Under the pieces are notes generated by a model. The model saw only the letters and a program-made list of their open reading frames with translations, was not told the DNA's origin and did no database searches. The position numbers and the translations under genes were made by a program. A DNA stretch of 64,000 nucleotides, taken from the NCBI GenBank assembly GCA_965178125.1, contig OZ237741.1:1116001-1180000 (forward strand), given 5' to 3'. This document shows, piece after piece, positions 14,184 to 27,572 of this stretch. The DNA is from Bilabrum cf. latius (taxonomy: Eukaryota). Each line of letters starts with the position of its first letter. The stretch's first letter is position 1.

Positions 14184-14308
14184 GCTATTTAACCCGTTCG
14201 ATTGTATGCCCAGCAGGCCGATCGAACATCTGCTCCAGCAGCCCTATCAGCACGCTACAAATCCCACCAGTCGGTTTCAGAAGAAACGGCTATACTGCAA
14301 TCGCTAGA

Positions 14309-16274
14309 ATGGATGATGAGATGTTTGAACGAGTTTCCAAGCATTTGACTGTAAGATCTAGGCGTCAGGCCTCTTGGTACGGTCTATTTCCCTTCTTGTG
14401 TTGCCGTTCGGGCAATGAAACGCAACGGGTCTGTGTGTCCTTTCCCGGCTTCGCAGGCGTCTGAAGTCCCAGAAATGTTGGAAGAGAGCATCCAAATGTT
14501 TCGACCAAAGCGAATTTTAGGCGCTTGCATCGAAAAGTTAGGCAGCGACGAAGCCGTACTGGCCCCATACCTGGCAGTTGCAGTGGCCTCGATGAACGCT
14601 GAGGCTACAGAGCTGCTAGCCACCGCGGGAGCTGGATTGCACCTGAGTGGGACTAGCCAGCAATCTCCGCCAACTATTTTGCATGTAGCTTGCAGCATGG
14701 CGGGCGCAGCGCTCCAACGCCCAGATGTCGTGGATGGGTCGGTGGCTGGCCGCCCCGCCGGAAGCGAGCAGTCCGACCCACCGGCGGTTCTGTCCGACCC
14801 TCGCATCTCCGCGCGCGTGCTCGCTCTATTGGTGGACAACGCTTCGGACGAGCAGCTGGCGGGTGCCGCTGCCGCGAAAGATCCCTTCGGCCGGTCCCCC
14901 TTGCACTGCCTCTGCGGCTCGATCGCAGCCGCCGTGGGGAGGCGGGGCCCAGGCAGAGGCAGCGGCCCCAGGTCCCCAGCCCAGGGCAGCAACGAGGAGG
15001 AGGAGGCTGCCGCGGGTGCCCTCCGAGAATCTCTTGTCATCGCAGCAGAGACGCTCGGCCGTGCTGCCCCCGCTGCGGGGGCCTCCAGGGACGTGGCCAG
15101 CCGGACCCCCCGGGGAATCCTCAGGGGAGCAGCCTCCACCTCTTCGCTCTCGTCCGCCTCTGCCGACAGGAAGCTCATCGATCGGCTGCTGGCGGTGCTT
15201 GACGACGCTGTTCCGGCCGACGAGCAGCCAGCGGGCGCCGCGCGATCCGGTTCCGCTGCGGAAGGCAGGAACCCCATGGAGGAGCGCAAGGAGGAGGGGG
15301 GGGGCGGACAGGGGCTTGCTGCCGGGGACAAAGGCGGGCTGCTGCACCCGTGGACGCGCGCCCGGCTAGCGGCGCGGGCCCTACACGAGAAAACTGCCGC
15401 CATGGTGTAGGAGGGGGCGGGTGGGCAATCAGGGGAACAAGGTGCAGACCTGCTGTCCACCCCCGCAGGCGTGTTCCGCGTTCTTGCCGAGTCTGCGGGG
15501 TCGGATGCCGGTGCCTCTGCGCTCAGCGCAAGCGATCTAGCGCGGGGTTGTCGCGAGATAGGCATTGCAGAGGATGACGACATCGCCTTCCTCGTCGTGT
15601 CGGTGTGCCTGGGGCTGGCTCCGAGCCTCGGTGCGGACGGGGAGGAGCCTCCGGACGACGTGTGCGAGCGGGCGGCGATCGAGGCGGAGGAAGGAGGCAG
15701 GTGCAAGGAACTATCCAGGGAACAGTTCGAAGAGTTCGCGCGCGGCGCCGCGCCAGAAGTTCCGCAGGGTCACGAACAGGACGAGAGCCCGGTCAAGCAG
15801 CAGGACGATGAGGTTGTAGCTGGTGCATCGCATGGCGGTGCATCGGATGAGCTGCGCTCGTCTGGGGCTGGAGGGGAAGCTGAGCCCGAGAAGGAGGAGC
15901 AGTCGGCTTAGGACGACGGGGCGGCCGTGGGCATCGCAGGGCTGGGGTTTGGGGACGGCGGTGCGGCCGAGGACGACGAGGACGACGAGACTGCGACCAC
16001 TGCCACTGAGAGGACGGGAGCCAGCGGAGCCGACGGGCGGGGCAGCAGAGGGGGCGGCTCTGGCAGGAGACGGCGGTCGTCCACGACGGCGGGGGACGAG
16101 ATGGTGAGGCAGGTGCTGCAGGGGGCCGCGGCGGAGGCCTCGGGTGGTTCTGGGCCCAGTTTGACGGCAGCTGCCAAGGCGGTGTCCCCGTCGGTGGGGT
16201 CGGGGCGGGTTGGGGCGATTCAATTTCATCCGTCAGGTGCCGGCGAGGGCGAGAGAGGGGCTGGTCCGGGGTGA
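14309..16274 (+). CDS. Hypothetical protein (possible ankyrin-like and EF-hand-like segments)
   Basis: Short first exon with GTAAG intron. ORFs 14415-15410, 15471-15911 and 15927-16274 are in one frame, joined by TAG, ending in TGA. Confidence 0.6.
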
Positions 16275-16532
16275 TCGATTGCTCGGCGTGAAACTACAGA
16301 CGGTTCGTATTGTTGCTTCGTTTGTGCGTGTGTGCGGCTCATCCTCTCACTTTCTCGGGTGATAGGATGGGGGTCGTGGCTTTGGTAGCCTCGCGTCGGC
16401 ATTAAGATCTGCCTCGGTATCGGCGGCTGCTGCAACTGCAAAAGTGCACGCAACGACGGCTTTCGGGGACCAGCGACTACCGGTTGACACACACAGTTGA
16501 CACGAGGCCGTATCGATACATTGCCAGGAGGG

Positions 16533-18015
16533 ATGTCAGATTATGACGGGGAGACCTGGATCGAATGGTTTTGTGGGCAGGTCGGCAACGAGTACCTTTG
16601 CGAAGTCGATTCTGCATTTATCGGTAAGAAGTGTTTTTGTCTAACGGGGAGAATTACGATAAATCAAGTTGCAATATAGTGACTGGATCATGATAAGACT
16701 TTCTTATACATGTCGGTCAGTCGGTGCGATTGGGAATGGACGGATGCGCACTTCACAGTCAGTACACGCCCGATCACTCTGCCGCAGAAGATGCCTTCAA
16801 TCTGTACGGACTGAGGTCAATGGTGCCTCACTTCAGGGAGTGTCTGGATATGATATTAGATTGTGCCTCTGGATCTGGTGAGATTGAAGCGGTGGCAGCC
16901 AGACTGCCCGGTTCAGCTAGGGCGACGTATTTGAGATTCCCTCAATAGGTTCCCGCGTTTGCGCAGAGAGAGAAGAATGGACCGGAACACTGTACGAGCA
17001 TTGCAGAGACTTGTATGGGTTGGTTTAGGCGAGATTTATATTGACGGCTCGAGGCATGTCGCTCATGCTGGCAAAATTCGAGGAGCACGAATTCGGCCGC
17101 TGCCCCAACGTGCCGTGCGAAGGCTTCCCGTTGCTACCAGTTGGCCTGTCGAACGAGCTGGGCGTTGCTCCAGTGAAGGTGTTTTGCCCCAAGTGCCAGA
17201 ACATGTACCATTGCACGGGCGAGAGCCCCTCTAGGCTGGACGGTGCCTATTTCGGGACCACCTTCCCCCACTTGCTCCTTCTCGCCAAGCCACAGCTCAG
17301 GCCCCAGTTCGGGCCGGAGCCCTACATCCCCCGGATATACGGATTCAGGGTGCTCGGCTGCAGGGGCAGCCTCTCCTCCGACATTTTGCCGGAGATAGAG
17401 CGCCGGGAAGCGCTGCTGGAGGAGGAGGCGCAGCGGCAGCGGGCCGAGCTGCACGCCATGCACGGAGCCGATGTGGGGACCGATGTGGGGACCGGGGCGG
17501 GGGCTGCGGCAGGTGCAGTAGTTGCTGCCAGCAGTGGCGCGGCCGTGCAATAGGGTGCTGGTGCCTCGGGGGACAAGGCGAAGGGGTCGAGCGCGCGGCA
17601 GGCCGGGGCTGGGGCTGGGGCCGGTGTGGTGGTGGCGAGCACGAGCATAGATGGCAGCGATTTGGCCTGGTCTGGCGTGGGCGGGGCCAAGTGGGGCATC
17701 GCCGGCGGGGGGGCTTCTGTTCCGGGGGAGCTGCCCGGCGCGGTGCCGCCCTCAGTGACCGCGGTGGCGCCTGGTGTGACGAGTGCGCCTACCGCGTCGT
17801 CATCTTCCGCCGCGGCAGCAGGGGCAGGTGGGAAGCAGCAAAAGGGCCAGCAGGACGGCCCCGGCAAGCGCCGGTCCAAAGGCGGGTCCGGACGCTCGGT
17901 TGGGAGCGGGGGGGGTGTGAACGGGTCTCGTTCCGGAGCCGCGGCGAGCGATGGGGGAGGGCGGTCATCGTCCACGGGGAGGGCTTCGAAGAGAAGGCGA
18001 GCGGACGGGCATTGA
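16533..18015 (+). CDS. CKB: Casein kinase II regulatory (beta) subunit
   Basis: WIEWFC..GNEYLCEVD..FI/EDAFNLYGL, FGRCPNVPC, VKVFCPKC, LDGAYFGTTFPHL, YIPRIYGF; two introns; TAG read-through to TGA at 18015. Confidence 0.9.
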
Positions 18016-18171
18016 ATGATGTATTCTGATGTGGAGATCACGGCGTTCACTGTAATTCTGCTCTGTCCACGGGCCCGGGTTGTTGGCCAAGTGTGATGAA
18101 GACGTGGCGAAGCTCCATGGGGTGCGCTGCAGATACATCCAAGCAATCCATTAAGGCCCAGGTATTGCGCA

Positions 18172-19923
18172 ATGTCTAGCACCAAGCCGGATGCGACCGT
18201 ATCCGAAGGTTTGTACGATCCTAGTCCTCGACTGGATGGTTTCGGAGGCGCCCATGTGTGGGGCGAATTTACGCCTCTAGCGATTTAGAAGAAAGCCGTA
18301 AACCTGGGACAAGGATTTCCAGACTGGCCAGCAGAACCATTTGTCAAAAAAGCATTAGCGGATGCTGTGATGCACGATGAGAACCAGTATACCAGGTCCG
18401 CGGGGCACCCTGCCCTTGTCAAGGCACTTGCCAACAGGTACTCGAGGGTTTTAGGACGGACCATCGACGCGAATACCGAGGTGAGATGCGCTGAAGATTT
18501 GCAAACACGTTGAACACATCAATATTCCTGACAGGCACTGTCGTACCGAGTTTTACGACATTTATCCTGGGCGCAGGTAACAGTCAACGTAGGTGCAACT
18601 GAAGCGATCTATGCCCTGATGCAGGGGCTTGTCGGCGATGGGGACGAGGTGCTGCTCCTTGAACCTGCCTTTGATATCTATGCAAAGTAGGCCCAGCTCG
18701 CTGGGGGCAAGGTCGTGTTTTGCCCGCTGCACGTCCACCACAAGAGCAAGGGCAGGAAGGAGGCTGTCAGGCGAGGCCTCCGCTTGCCCTCGGCCGGCGA
18801 GACAAAGCACGTGGGAGCGCCTCCGTAGAAAAAGGCTCGGGTGGGAACGGAAGCAGATGCTTCGCCGGGCGCCTCAACAGCCCCAAGCAACGGCAGCTCG
18901 TCGGCGGCTTCATCCTCGTCCTCGTCCTCGTCCTCGTCCAGCTCCGCTGCTTCCGGCGGCGCCGCGGCTGGTCCCGCACCCGCATCCGGCTCTGACACGT
19001 CATCCACCGGGTGCGAGTGGGAGTGGAAGCTGGATCCCCTGGAGCTGGAGAGCAAGCTGTCGGCCCGCACCAGGGTGCTCGTCCTGAATGCACCCCACAA
19101 CCCTACCGGCAAGGTCTTCAGCAAGGAGGAGCTGCGGGCGGTTGCAACCGTCCTGGCCAAGTACCCGAGAGTGGTGGTCATCTCGGACGAGGTGTACGAG
19201 CACCTCGTCTACGACGGCAGGGAACATACTCACCCGGCGGCTCTCCCAGAGCTGTGGCCCCGCACCGTCACCGTGTCCTCCTCGGGCAAGACCTTTTCCA
19301 TCACCGGCTGGAAGATCGGCTGGTGCGTGGGCCCCGCGGCTCTCATCAAGCACGTCATGCAGCTCAACGCGTGGGTGCAGTTCTCCGTGCCCACCCCCAC
19401 CCAGGCCGCGGTTGCAACCATCCTAGAACAGGCCGACAAGCCGTACAAGGGGGCCCCCAGCTACTACGCCTGGATCCGAGGCGAGTACCTGAGGAAGAGA
19501 GGCATCCTGGTTGAGGGGCTGAGGGCAGCCGGCCTGGACCCCATCGTGCCGGAGGGCGGTTTCTTCGTCATGACTGCCACGGACAGCCTCGAGGTGCCCC
19601 CTGCCTGGCTCAGGGAGTCCACAGAGGCGTGCCCGGTGATGACCAGGGACTGGGCCCTCGCCAGGCACCTGCTGCTGGAGGGGGGCGTGGCCTGCATCCC
19701 ACCCTCTGCGTTCCACGAGCGAGCCACCAAGCCCGCAGCCCGCAACCTGATCCGGTTTGCCTTCTGCAAGTCGGACGACTCGCTGCAGGAGGCGTGCAGG
19801 CGACTCAAGGCCGCGTGCAGCGCACTGCGGCGCATGGCGGGCGCGAGCGCGGGGGGCATGGGCTAGGAGGAGCCGGCCGTTGGGGACGGGGAGGGGGCAG
19901 CGAGCGCCGCCATGGAGACGTAA
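18172..19923 (+). CDS. Class I/II aminotransferase (kynurenine/glutamine transaminase-like)
   Basis: NLGQGFPD, NAPHNPTGKVF, ISDEVYEHL, SSGKTFSITGWKIGW, IRFAFCK. Intron about 18481-18576. Reads through TAG at 19864 to TAA at 19921-19923. Confidence 0.9.
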
Positions 19924-19924
19924 A

Positions 19925-19969
19925 TTGCAGTGCAATGCAGTGCAATGCAGTGCAGTGCAGTGCAGTGCA
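19925..19969. repeat. (TGCAG/TGCAA)n microsatellite
   Basis: About nine tandem pentamers visible directly. Confidence 0.8.
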
Positions 19970-20577
19970 TGGCGTCACACATTGCGGGGTGGGTTGCTGG
20001 GGCTCCCGGGTGCACCTTTTTTTCCAGGGGAAAGAAATCTTTCTATTCAGTGCAGTGCAGGCCAGCTGTATCTAGTTCACAATTAGCCAAATCAACCTCA
20101 CTGCCAGTGAGCCACACGCGGCTCACCGCCTCTCTCGCATTCGGGGAACCAGAGTCCAGGTTCTGAGACGGCGCTACTAGGCGGCCTAGTAGGTAGTGCT
20201 GCTTCCAAAACGAATCGTAGCAAACTTTCGTACCGCCACCTCTTGTTCGGTCAGCCAGTTGCGTTCGCATACTGGCTTGTTGGGCTCGGCAGCCTGTGTG
20301 TCTGGCTGCACGGCATGCGATTGGAACGGCAACCCATTTGAACCGATTGCAAAAGAACCGCCGTACCCCTTGATGCGCATGGCATGCCGCTTAGTACTGG
20401 GCGGGTATGGCGCCAGCGAACCGCACCGTCACTCCCGCGCGAGCGTCCGAGATCTCACGGTAGTTTCTGCCCCGCTGCCTCAGATGGCATCGTGCCTTTT
20501 GAGATCACGCCTCTTGAGCCTACCCTCTGCCTCTGCGACCCAGTCGAGGCGTGATGCCACGTCTGCAATATTCAGGC

Positions 20578-21396
20578 TCAAGAGACGATACAGCACGGTC
20601 CGGATTCCCCCGCGCCACCCTGCCCCGGGTCCTGACCCGACTCGAGCGCGGCTCGCAGCTTGGCCGCCGATGCCTCGTCCTGCTCGCGCATGCGCCGCTG
20701 GTCCTCCGTTTCGGACCCCCTGGCATCTGCGCCGTCATCCTTGGCGGCCACGCTTGCGACAATGACCTTGTCATGGAACTCCAGCTCTGCTTCGGACAGC
20801 TTGATGCCGATGGACCTGCCGGCCACGTCGTACACGCTCCGCATCACTTGGTCGCCGTTTCGGGCAGACACAAAGAAGCCGCCGTCGAGGTTCTCGCGGG
20901 ATATGAATCGTTCGTGCTGCTTATCATCGACCCTTCTCGCGTGCAAGAGATCAATTTTGTTTCCCAGCAAATGAATGTGCGGGTTTCCAGGCGTGGCAGC
21001 GGCAACATCGTAGTCGGACTTCGCGCCTGCTCTAGGGTCAGCACTCCCATCGTCTCTCGAGCAGGCCTGCCGCACTCGCTCGAGCCAATCATCTAAATCC
21101 TAAAACGACTTCGGGTCTGTGACGTCGTAGCAGAGTAGCACGACTTGAGCGCCGTGCAAGTACGCGTCCAGCATCTTGGAGCTGATGCTCTGGCCTCCGA
21201 TATCATGAACTTGCAGAGTGACAGTCTCATCCCCACGAATTTTTAATCTCTTTTCGTAAAAGTCGATTCCAACCGTCTGCTTGTAAACCTAGGAAAACCC
21301 GTCGTCACGAAACCTGGCGCAGATACTCGTTTTGCCGACGCTACCGTTTCCGACAAGGACCAGCTTGCACGTGTGCTCTCCGGCTTTGGCAGCCAT
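20578..21396 (-). CDS. RAB28: Rab family GTPase, Rab28-like
   Basis: GNGSVGKTS, YKQTVGIDF, DIGGQ, GNKIDL, VSA, C-terminal CIVS; two in-frame TAGs (FS*VYKQT, SF*DLDDW). Confidence 0.85.
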
Positions 21397-22879
21397 GTTG
21401 ACTACTATCTATGAGAACAGATAAACCAGGTGGATTTGAGTTATAGATACGACGAGAACTGCAAATTGCGTCGTGGTGTATCTTGCGGCTTGTGTGATGA
21501 CGAGGCCTCTGCCGCCGCAGTGGTGGCCAATGGATTCCGTGTATATTGCACTTAGTGGCGGTGGATAAACCACCTCCACCTACCCTCAGTAGTTTGGTTT
21601 GAGCTGGTGAGGGGCCGCCAGCTAGCGGCCCTCGCGGCTCGCACCTACCACGTCGGCCTCGATGGCCGTTCGTGGGGTGCTACACGAGCTGCGAGCTGCA
21701 CACCAGTGAAGGATGACGGGGGGCAAAGGCACCCCCGCCGAGGGTGGTGGGTGGGTGTTTGAAACAAGTCTAGCGCTTGTCATGTTTACTCACGCTTGAG
21801 CGGTGCGTACTATTTCTTGATAGGAGTGAGGAGCTGAGCCACGCCTGACGGCCGTCTGGTATCGGCTCAGTTGCGTGCACATACACAGGCTACACATTGA
21901 CCGGCACCTAAAGGAGCATAACCAATGGATTCCGTGTATATTGCACTTAGTGGCGGTGGATAAACCACCTCCACCTACCCTCAGTAGTTTGGTTTGAGCT
22001 GGTGAGGGGCCGCCAGCTAGCGGCCCTCGCGGCTCGCACCTACCACGTCGGCCTCGATGGCCGTTCGTGGGGTGCTACACGAGCTGCGAGCTGCACCATG
22101 CTGCCGCGCAGTGGCTGCCTCTCGCCAAGACGTGTGTGGCTCATTACCAAACTCTGGGGGCACCTTAGCAAGGTGTAGCATTATGTCGCATGACAAATAC
22201 ACAATAAGTCGTGTAGCACGACACCTGGCACTAAGCGTAGTGCCAATCGCTTGACAAATACTGATGCATCAGCTAGTTAGCCCAAGCCGTTCTATCTTAT
22301 CCGGGCCCTTGCGACCAGTCGCGCTGACTGTCGCTCGCCCGCTCGGTGCGGTTCGTCCGTCACTGTGCCCAGTGCCGCTGTTGACTGCCGAAGCGTCGCT
22401 ACTGCAGACCGGCCAGCGACTTGCATTGGATGGGGTCTTGCGCCGCGTTGATGAAGCTCAGCTGTGCGCAACAGGTCGCGGTCGCTTGCTTGACCCCCCG
22501 TGTTGCTGTCGGAGTCGTCCTCGGCAGCTGCCGTTCCTTGCTGTTGGCTGTCTAGCCGTAATTGCGTTTTCCCAACGGTTGCTTCCGCTGGGTGATGGCC
22601 CTGTGCTTGGGTCCCTGCGTGCGAAGCCGCAGTTTGGCGACCTTCTGGTGCGCTGTGCTTGTCCGGTACAGGTGCCTGTGACCCGGCTGCTCGGTTTCGC
22701 TGGCCTCGAATCGTCCCGAAGAGGCCAGATTTGCCGAAAATGGCGGCCCCTTCGTGCTGGAGGACGCAAAGGTTGTTCCGAAAGGAGCGGTGCGGAGTCC
22801 GGGGTGGGGCCCGTTCCATGCGTACTGCAGTACGCCGTCGTGCTTCGAGCACTGCCTAGTCTGTCGCTGAAGAACCTGA

Positions 22880-23700
22880 TTCAGCATACACCGCTGGCAT
22901 GCTGGATTGCGGCGACCAGCCGAAAATCTGACGTAGATCGCGCCAATAATTCTACTGTCCACGAACAGCGTGGCACCCGTCCTTCTGGGAGTGTGGGTCC
23001 CCGATGGCGGGAGGTCGCAGCTGCGCAGCAGCTCGTCCCACTGGGCTCTCCACGTTGCATACGTGTATGGCACAGGGGGCGACACACCAAAGTTGGGAAA
23101 GACGTGGTCGATGGTACGCGTGAGAGGCGAGCAGCCATCTTGGATCATGCGACCTGCCAGAATCGAGGGCATAGGTATACTTTAGCCTACGACTGAATCT
23201 CGCCCCCTCGAACAGCCGGGAGCCGTGACGGCATAGGCCTAATCGGATCGACCCGCCCCTGTCTTGGCGTGAGCACGAAAACCGGTACAGGCCCCGAACA
23301 GGCGATGTGGACCTCCTCATGCTTGAGGTTAATTAGCTCGAAGTTGCGGCTGCCGAAGCCAAGCCCCCACGCTAGCATCGTCCCGAACACCGTACATCTC
23401 TTAAGTCGCCGTCATTGCAGAACTTGAGCACGGAGAGGACTAATTGTGGCAGGAGCACGGGCTGCCTGGTCGTGCGCATGTTCAGCAAGCCTTGCGCCTG
23501 TTCGATAGCTGCGATCTGGCTGGAAACCGCAAGCCACAATCTTGTCGATGTGCTTATCCGTGGTACCGCCATGCGCCCACCGGCTGGTGCGAGAGCATTG
23601 CCGACTCTTGTCGAGAGCGGCGTGCAGCACGCGTGTCCTCAGCTTCTTCGCCCGCGCACCGCTCGGGCTGCACTGAGCTGTCAGCATGACGCCTTGTCGA
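22880..23700 (-). pseudogene. Frameshifted tyrosine recombinase of the Ngaro-like element
   Basis: GSRNFEL (Arg box) and HTPRRTGAT (HxxR) lie in different frames, with a TGA between them. Confidence 0.55.
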
Positions 23701-23729
23701 ATCTGCTTTTTCAGCAGAAATGCAGTCTG

Positions 23730-26480
23730 GCAGAGCCACTCGAGCTATGGCGATCAGCTGCAATGCAAGACTAGCAAGTCGAGCAAGCACCGGGCCAGTC
23801 TGTGGCCAAGCCAAGTCAAGCAGCGTCCAGCTACACTGCCACTGCGAGGCTCGCAAGCCGGGCAAGCAGTGTGCCTATCGAGCCAAGCAGCGATCAGCTG
23901 CAATGCAAGACTCGCGAGCTATGCCGATGTATGGCAGAGCCACTCGAGCTATGGCGATCAGCTGCAATGCAAGACTAGCAAGTCGAGCAAGCACCGGGCC
24001 AGTCTGTGGCCAAGCCAAGTCAAGCAGCGGTCAGCTACACTGCCACTGCGAGGCTCGCAAGCCGGGCAAGCAGTATGCCTATCGAGCCAAGCAGCGATCA
24101 GCTGCAATGCAAGACTCGCAAGCACTATGCCGATGTATGGCAGAGCCACTCGAGCTGTGGCGATCAGCTGCAATGCAAGACTAGCAAGTCGAGCAAGCAC
24201 AAGGCCAATCTGTGGCCAAGCCAAGTCAAGCAGCGTCCAGCTACACTGCCACTGCGAGGCTCGCAAGCCGGGCAAGCAGTATGCCTATCGAGCCAAGCAG
24301 CGATCAGCTGCAATGCAAGACTCGCAAGCACTATGCCGATGTATGGCAGAGCCACTCGAGCTGTGGCGATCAGCTGCAATGCAAGACTAGCAAGTCGAGC
24401 AAGCACAAGGCCAATCTGTGGCCAAGCCAAGTCAAGCAGCGGTCAGCTACACTGCCACTGCGAGGCTCGCAAGCCGGGCAAGCAGTATGCCTATCGAGCC
24501 AAGCAGCGATCAGCTGCAATGCAAGACTCGCAAGCACTATGCCGATGTATGGCAGAGCCACTCGAGCTGTGGCGATCAGCTGCAATGCAAGACTAGCAAG
24601 TCGAGCAAGCACCGGGCCAGTCTGTGGCCAAGCCAAGTCAAGCAGCGGTCAGCTACACTGCCACTGCGAGGCTCGCAAGCCGGGCAAGCAGTGTGCCTAT
24701 CGAGCCAAGCAGCGATCAGCTGCAATGCAAGACTCGCAAGCACTATGCCGATGTATGGCAGAGCCACTCGAGCTATGGCGATCAGCTGCAATGCAAGACT
24801 AGCAAGTCGAGCAAGCACAAGGCCAATCTGTGGCCAAGCCAAGTCAAGTAGCGGCCAGCTACACTGCCACTGCGAGGCTCGCAAGCCGGGCTAGCAGTAT
24901 GCCTATCGAGCCAAGCAGCGATCAGCTGCAATGCAAGACCTGCAAGTCGAGCGGCGTGCAGCACGCGTGTCATCAGCTTCCTCGGATACTGCCTGAATCA
25001 TGCATGCTGCCTCATCAGTGCGAATGCGTGTCATGCCTCATCGCTAGCAGGCGCCGGAAGGTCGGGGGATGGCGTGGGCGGGGGGTGGTGGCCGCAGAGA
25101 CTGCACCTTCAAGGCAGGTCAGCCAGTGCACCACCACCTTGCGCTATTGGAACGGGCGCAGCCGCTCGAGCCAGTCTTGGCAAAGTCTGGTCGCCCGGGC
25201 ACCGCCCAGGCTGCAATGAGCCGTCAGCATGACGCCTTCTCGAATCTGCTTATCCAGCAGGAATGCAGTCTGGCCGAGCCACTCGAGCTATGGCGATCAG
25301 CTGCAATGCAAGACTAGCAAGTCGAGCAAGCACAAGGCCAATCTGTGGCCAAGCCAAGTCAAGTAGCGGCCAGCTACACTGCCACTGCGAGGCTCGCAAG
25401 CCGGGCTAGCAGTATGCCTATCGAGCCAAGCAGCGATCAGCTGCAATGCAAGACCTGCAAGTCGAGCGGCGTGCAGCACGCGTGTCATCAGCTTCCTCGG
25501 ATACTGCCTGAATCATGCATGCTGCCTCATCAGTGCGAATGCGTGTCATGCCTCATCGCTAGCAGGCGCCGGAAGGTCGGGGGATGGCGTGGGCGGGGGG
25601 TGGTGGCCGCAGAGACTGCACCTTCAAGGCAGGTCAGCCAGTGCACCACCACCTTGCGCTATTGGAACGGGCGCAGCCGCTCGAGCCAGTCTTGGCAAAG
25701 TCTGGTCGCCCGGGCACCGCCCGGGCTGCAATGAGCCGTCAGCATGACGCCTTCTCGAATCTGCTTATCCAGCAGGAATGCAGTCTGGCCGAGCCACTCG
25801 AGCTATGGCGATCAGCTGCAATGCAAGACTAGCAAGTCGAGCAAGCACCGGGCCAGTCTGTGGCCAAGCCAAGTCAAGCAGCGTCCAGCTACACTGCCAC
25901 TGCGAGGCTCGCAAGCCGGGCTAGCAGTATGCCTATCGAGCCAAGCAGCGATCAGCTGCAATGCAAGACTCGCAAGCTATGCCGATGTATGGCAGAGCCA
26001 CTCAAGCTATGGCGATCAGCTGCAATGCAAGACTAGCAAGTCGAGCAAGCACAAGGCCAATCTGTGGCCAAGCCAAGTCAAGCAGCGTCCAGCTACACTG
26101 CCACTGCGAGGCTCGCAAGCCGGGCAAGCAGTATGCCTATCGAGCCAAGCAGCGATCAGCTGCAATGCAAGACTCGCGAGCTATGCCGATGTATGGCGGA
26201 GCCACTCAAGCTATGGCGATCAGCTGCAATGCAAGACTAGCAAGTCGAGCAAGCACAAGGCCAATCTGTTGCCAAGCCAAGTCAAGCAGCGCCCAGCTAC
26301 ACTGCCACTGCGAGGCTCGCAAGCCGGGCAAGCAGTATGCCTATCGAGCCAAGCAGCGATCAGCTGCAATGCAAGACTCGCGAGCTATGCCGATGTATGG
26401 CGGAGCCACTCAAGCTATGGCGATCAGCTGCAATGCAAGACTAGCAAGTCGAGCAAGCACCGGGCCAATCTGTGGCCGAG
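23730..26480. repeat. Tandem array of 204-206 bp units plus a 515-bp higher-order duplication
   Basis: Unit starts at 23733, 23937, 24143, 24349, 24555 and 24761; a block is repeated at offset 515 (e.g. 24830 vs 25345); degenerate relatives continue to 27570 and after 55652. Confidence 0.95.
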
Positions 26481-27572
26481 CCAATAAGTCAAAGCAAGCA
26501 GCGATTGAGCTGCACTTCGAGGCTTACACGCCGAAGAGGTACGAGACACCGCTGCGGCCGAGGCAACCAAGGCAGGCCGCGAGCAGCCACACTTCCCTGC
26601 GCTCTTGCGCCGAGCAAGCACAATTCTAGTCGCTGCTGAGCCGCTCACCGAAGGCAAGCAGCAATCCGCTGCCATACAAGGCTCCATCCATCCAGCCGAG
26701 CCAGCACGAGGCACGCGTGAGGCTGAGCCAATCAGTATAGGCAAGCATTGAGCAGTCGCGATACAGGGCTCTCAAGCCGAGCAAGTACGATGCCAATCTG
26801 TTGCAGAGCCAGTCAAAGTTCGTAGCGACTATCGGCGGAGCACACATGGCCGAGCTTCCGTCGTTCGCATTGCTTGAGAATCATGACGGACTCAACTGCG
26901 GCGAGCAGCAATGAATCATCATCGTGGGGATCACTCGCCTCCATACGATACTAAGATAGCATCCGCCGTACAATTCGAGCTATCTGATGCAACACGCACG
27001 GATGCAACTGTACATTACAGGCGTGCAGAAACTGTGTGCCGCGGATCTAGGCTAAGCCAGCCAGCAAGCAGCTGCACTGAATGCCCTCGCGCCGAGCAAG
27101 CACGAGGCCTATCCATGGGCGAGCCATAATCTCAAAATAACCAGCGAGCAGCTGCAATATGAGGCTTTCAAGCCGAGTCAAGTCAGTACCCGGCGAGTCG
27201 TGGGCCAAGCCAGTCACCGCAAGCCGCAAGAAGCTGCAGTGCAAGGCTCACAATCCATGCAAGCAGAAGGCACACTTGCCAAGTCAAGCACGCCAAGCAG
27301 CGAGCAGCTACCCAAGTAGGCGCGAGGTCATCGAAGCCGGGGCGAGCAAGTCAGAGACCTAGTGGGTGCACTACCCGACCCCAACGTCGTCACCAGCGCG
27401 ATGCGTGTCTGTGGTGGAGCTAGGCAGAGCAAGTAGCGGGCTGTTGCACTGCACGGCGAGCAAGTCGAGCAAGCACGAAGCCAGTCTGTGTTTGGATCCG
27501 GGAGAAGCTGAACGTTCGCGAACGAACAGCTGACCGTGCCGGAGCCACTAATTCAATGCAAGCAGCAAGCAG

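Noticed and set aside
190-20774. Numerous overlapping alternative-frame and antisense ORFs in host DNA
   Set aside because: Expected shadows of high-GC coding sequence; the motif-bearing frames explain the region.
23730-26480. CRISPR-like array
   Set aside because: Units are near-identical 204-206 bp repeats with no unique spacers and no cas genes; this is a satellite.
23686-26629. Long repetitive ORFs across the satellite
   Set aside because: Open in several frames because of repeat periodicity; no recognisable domains.
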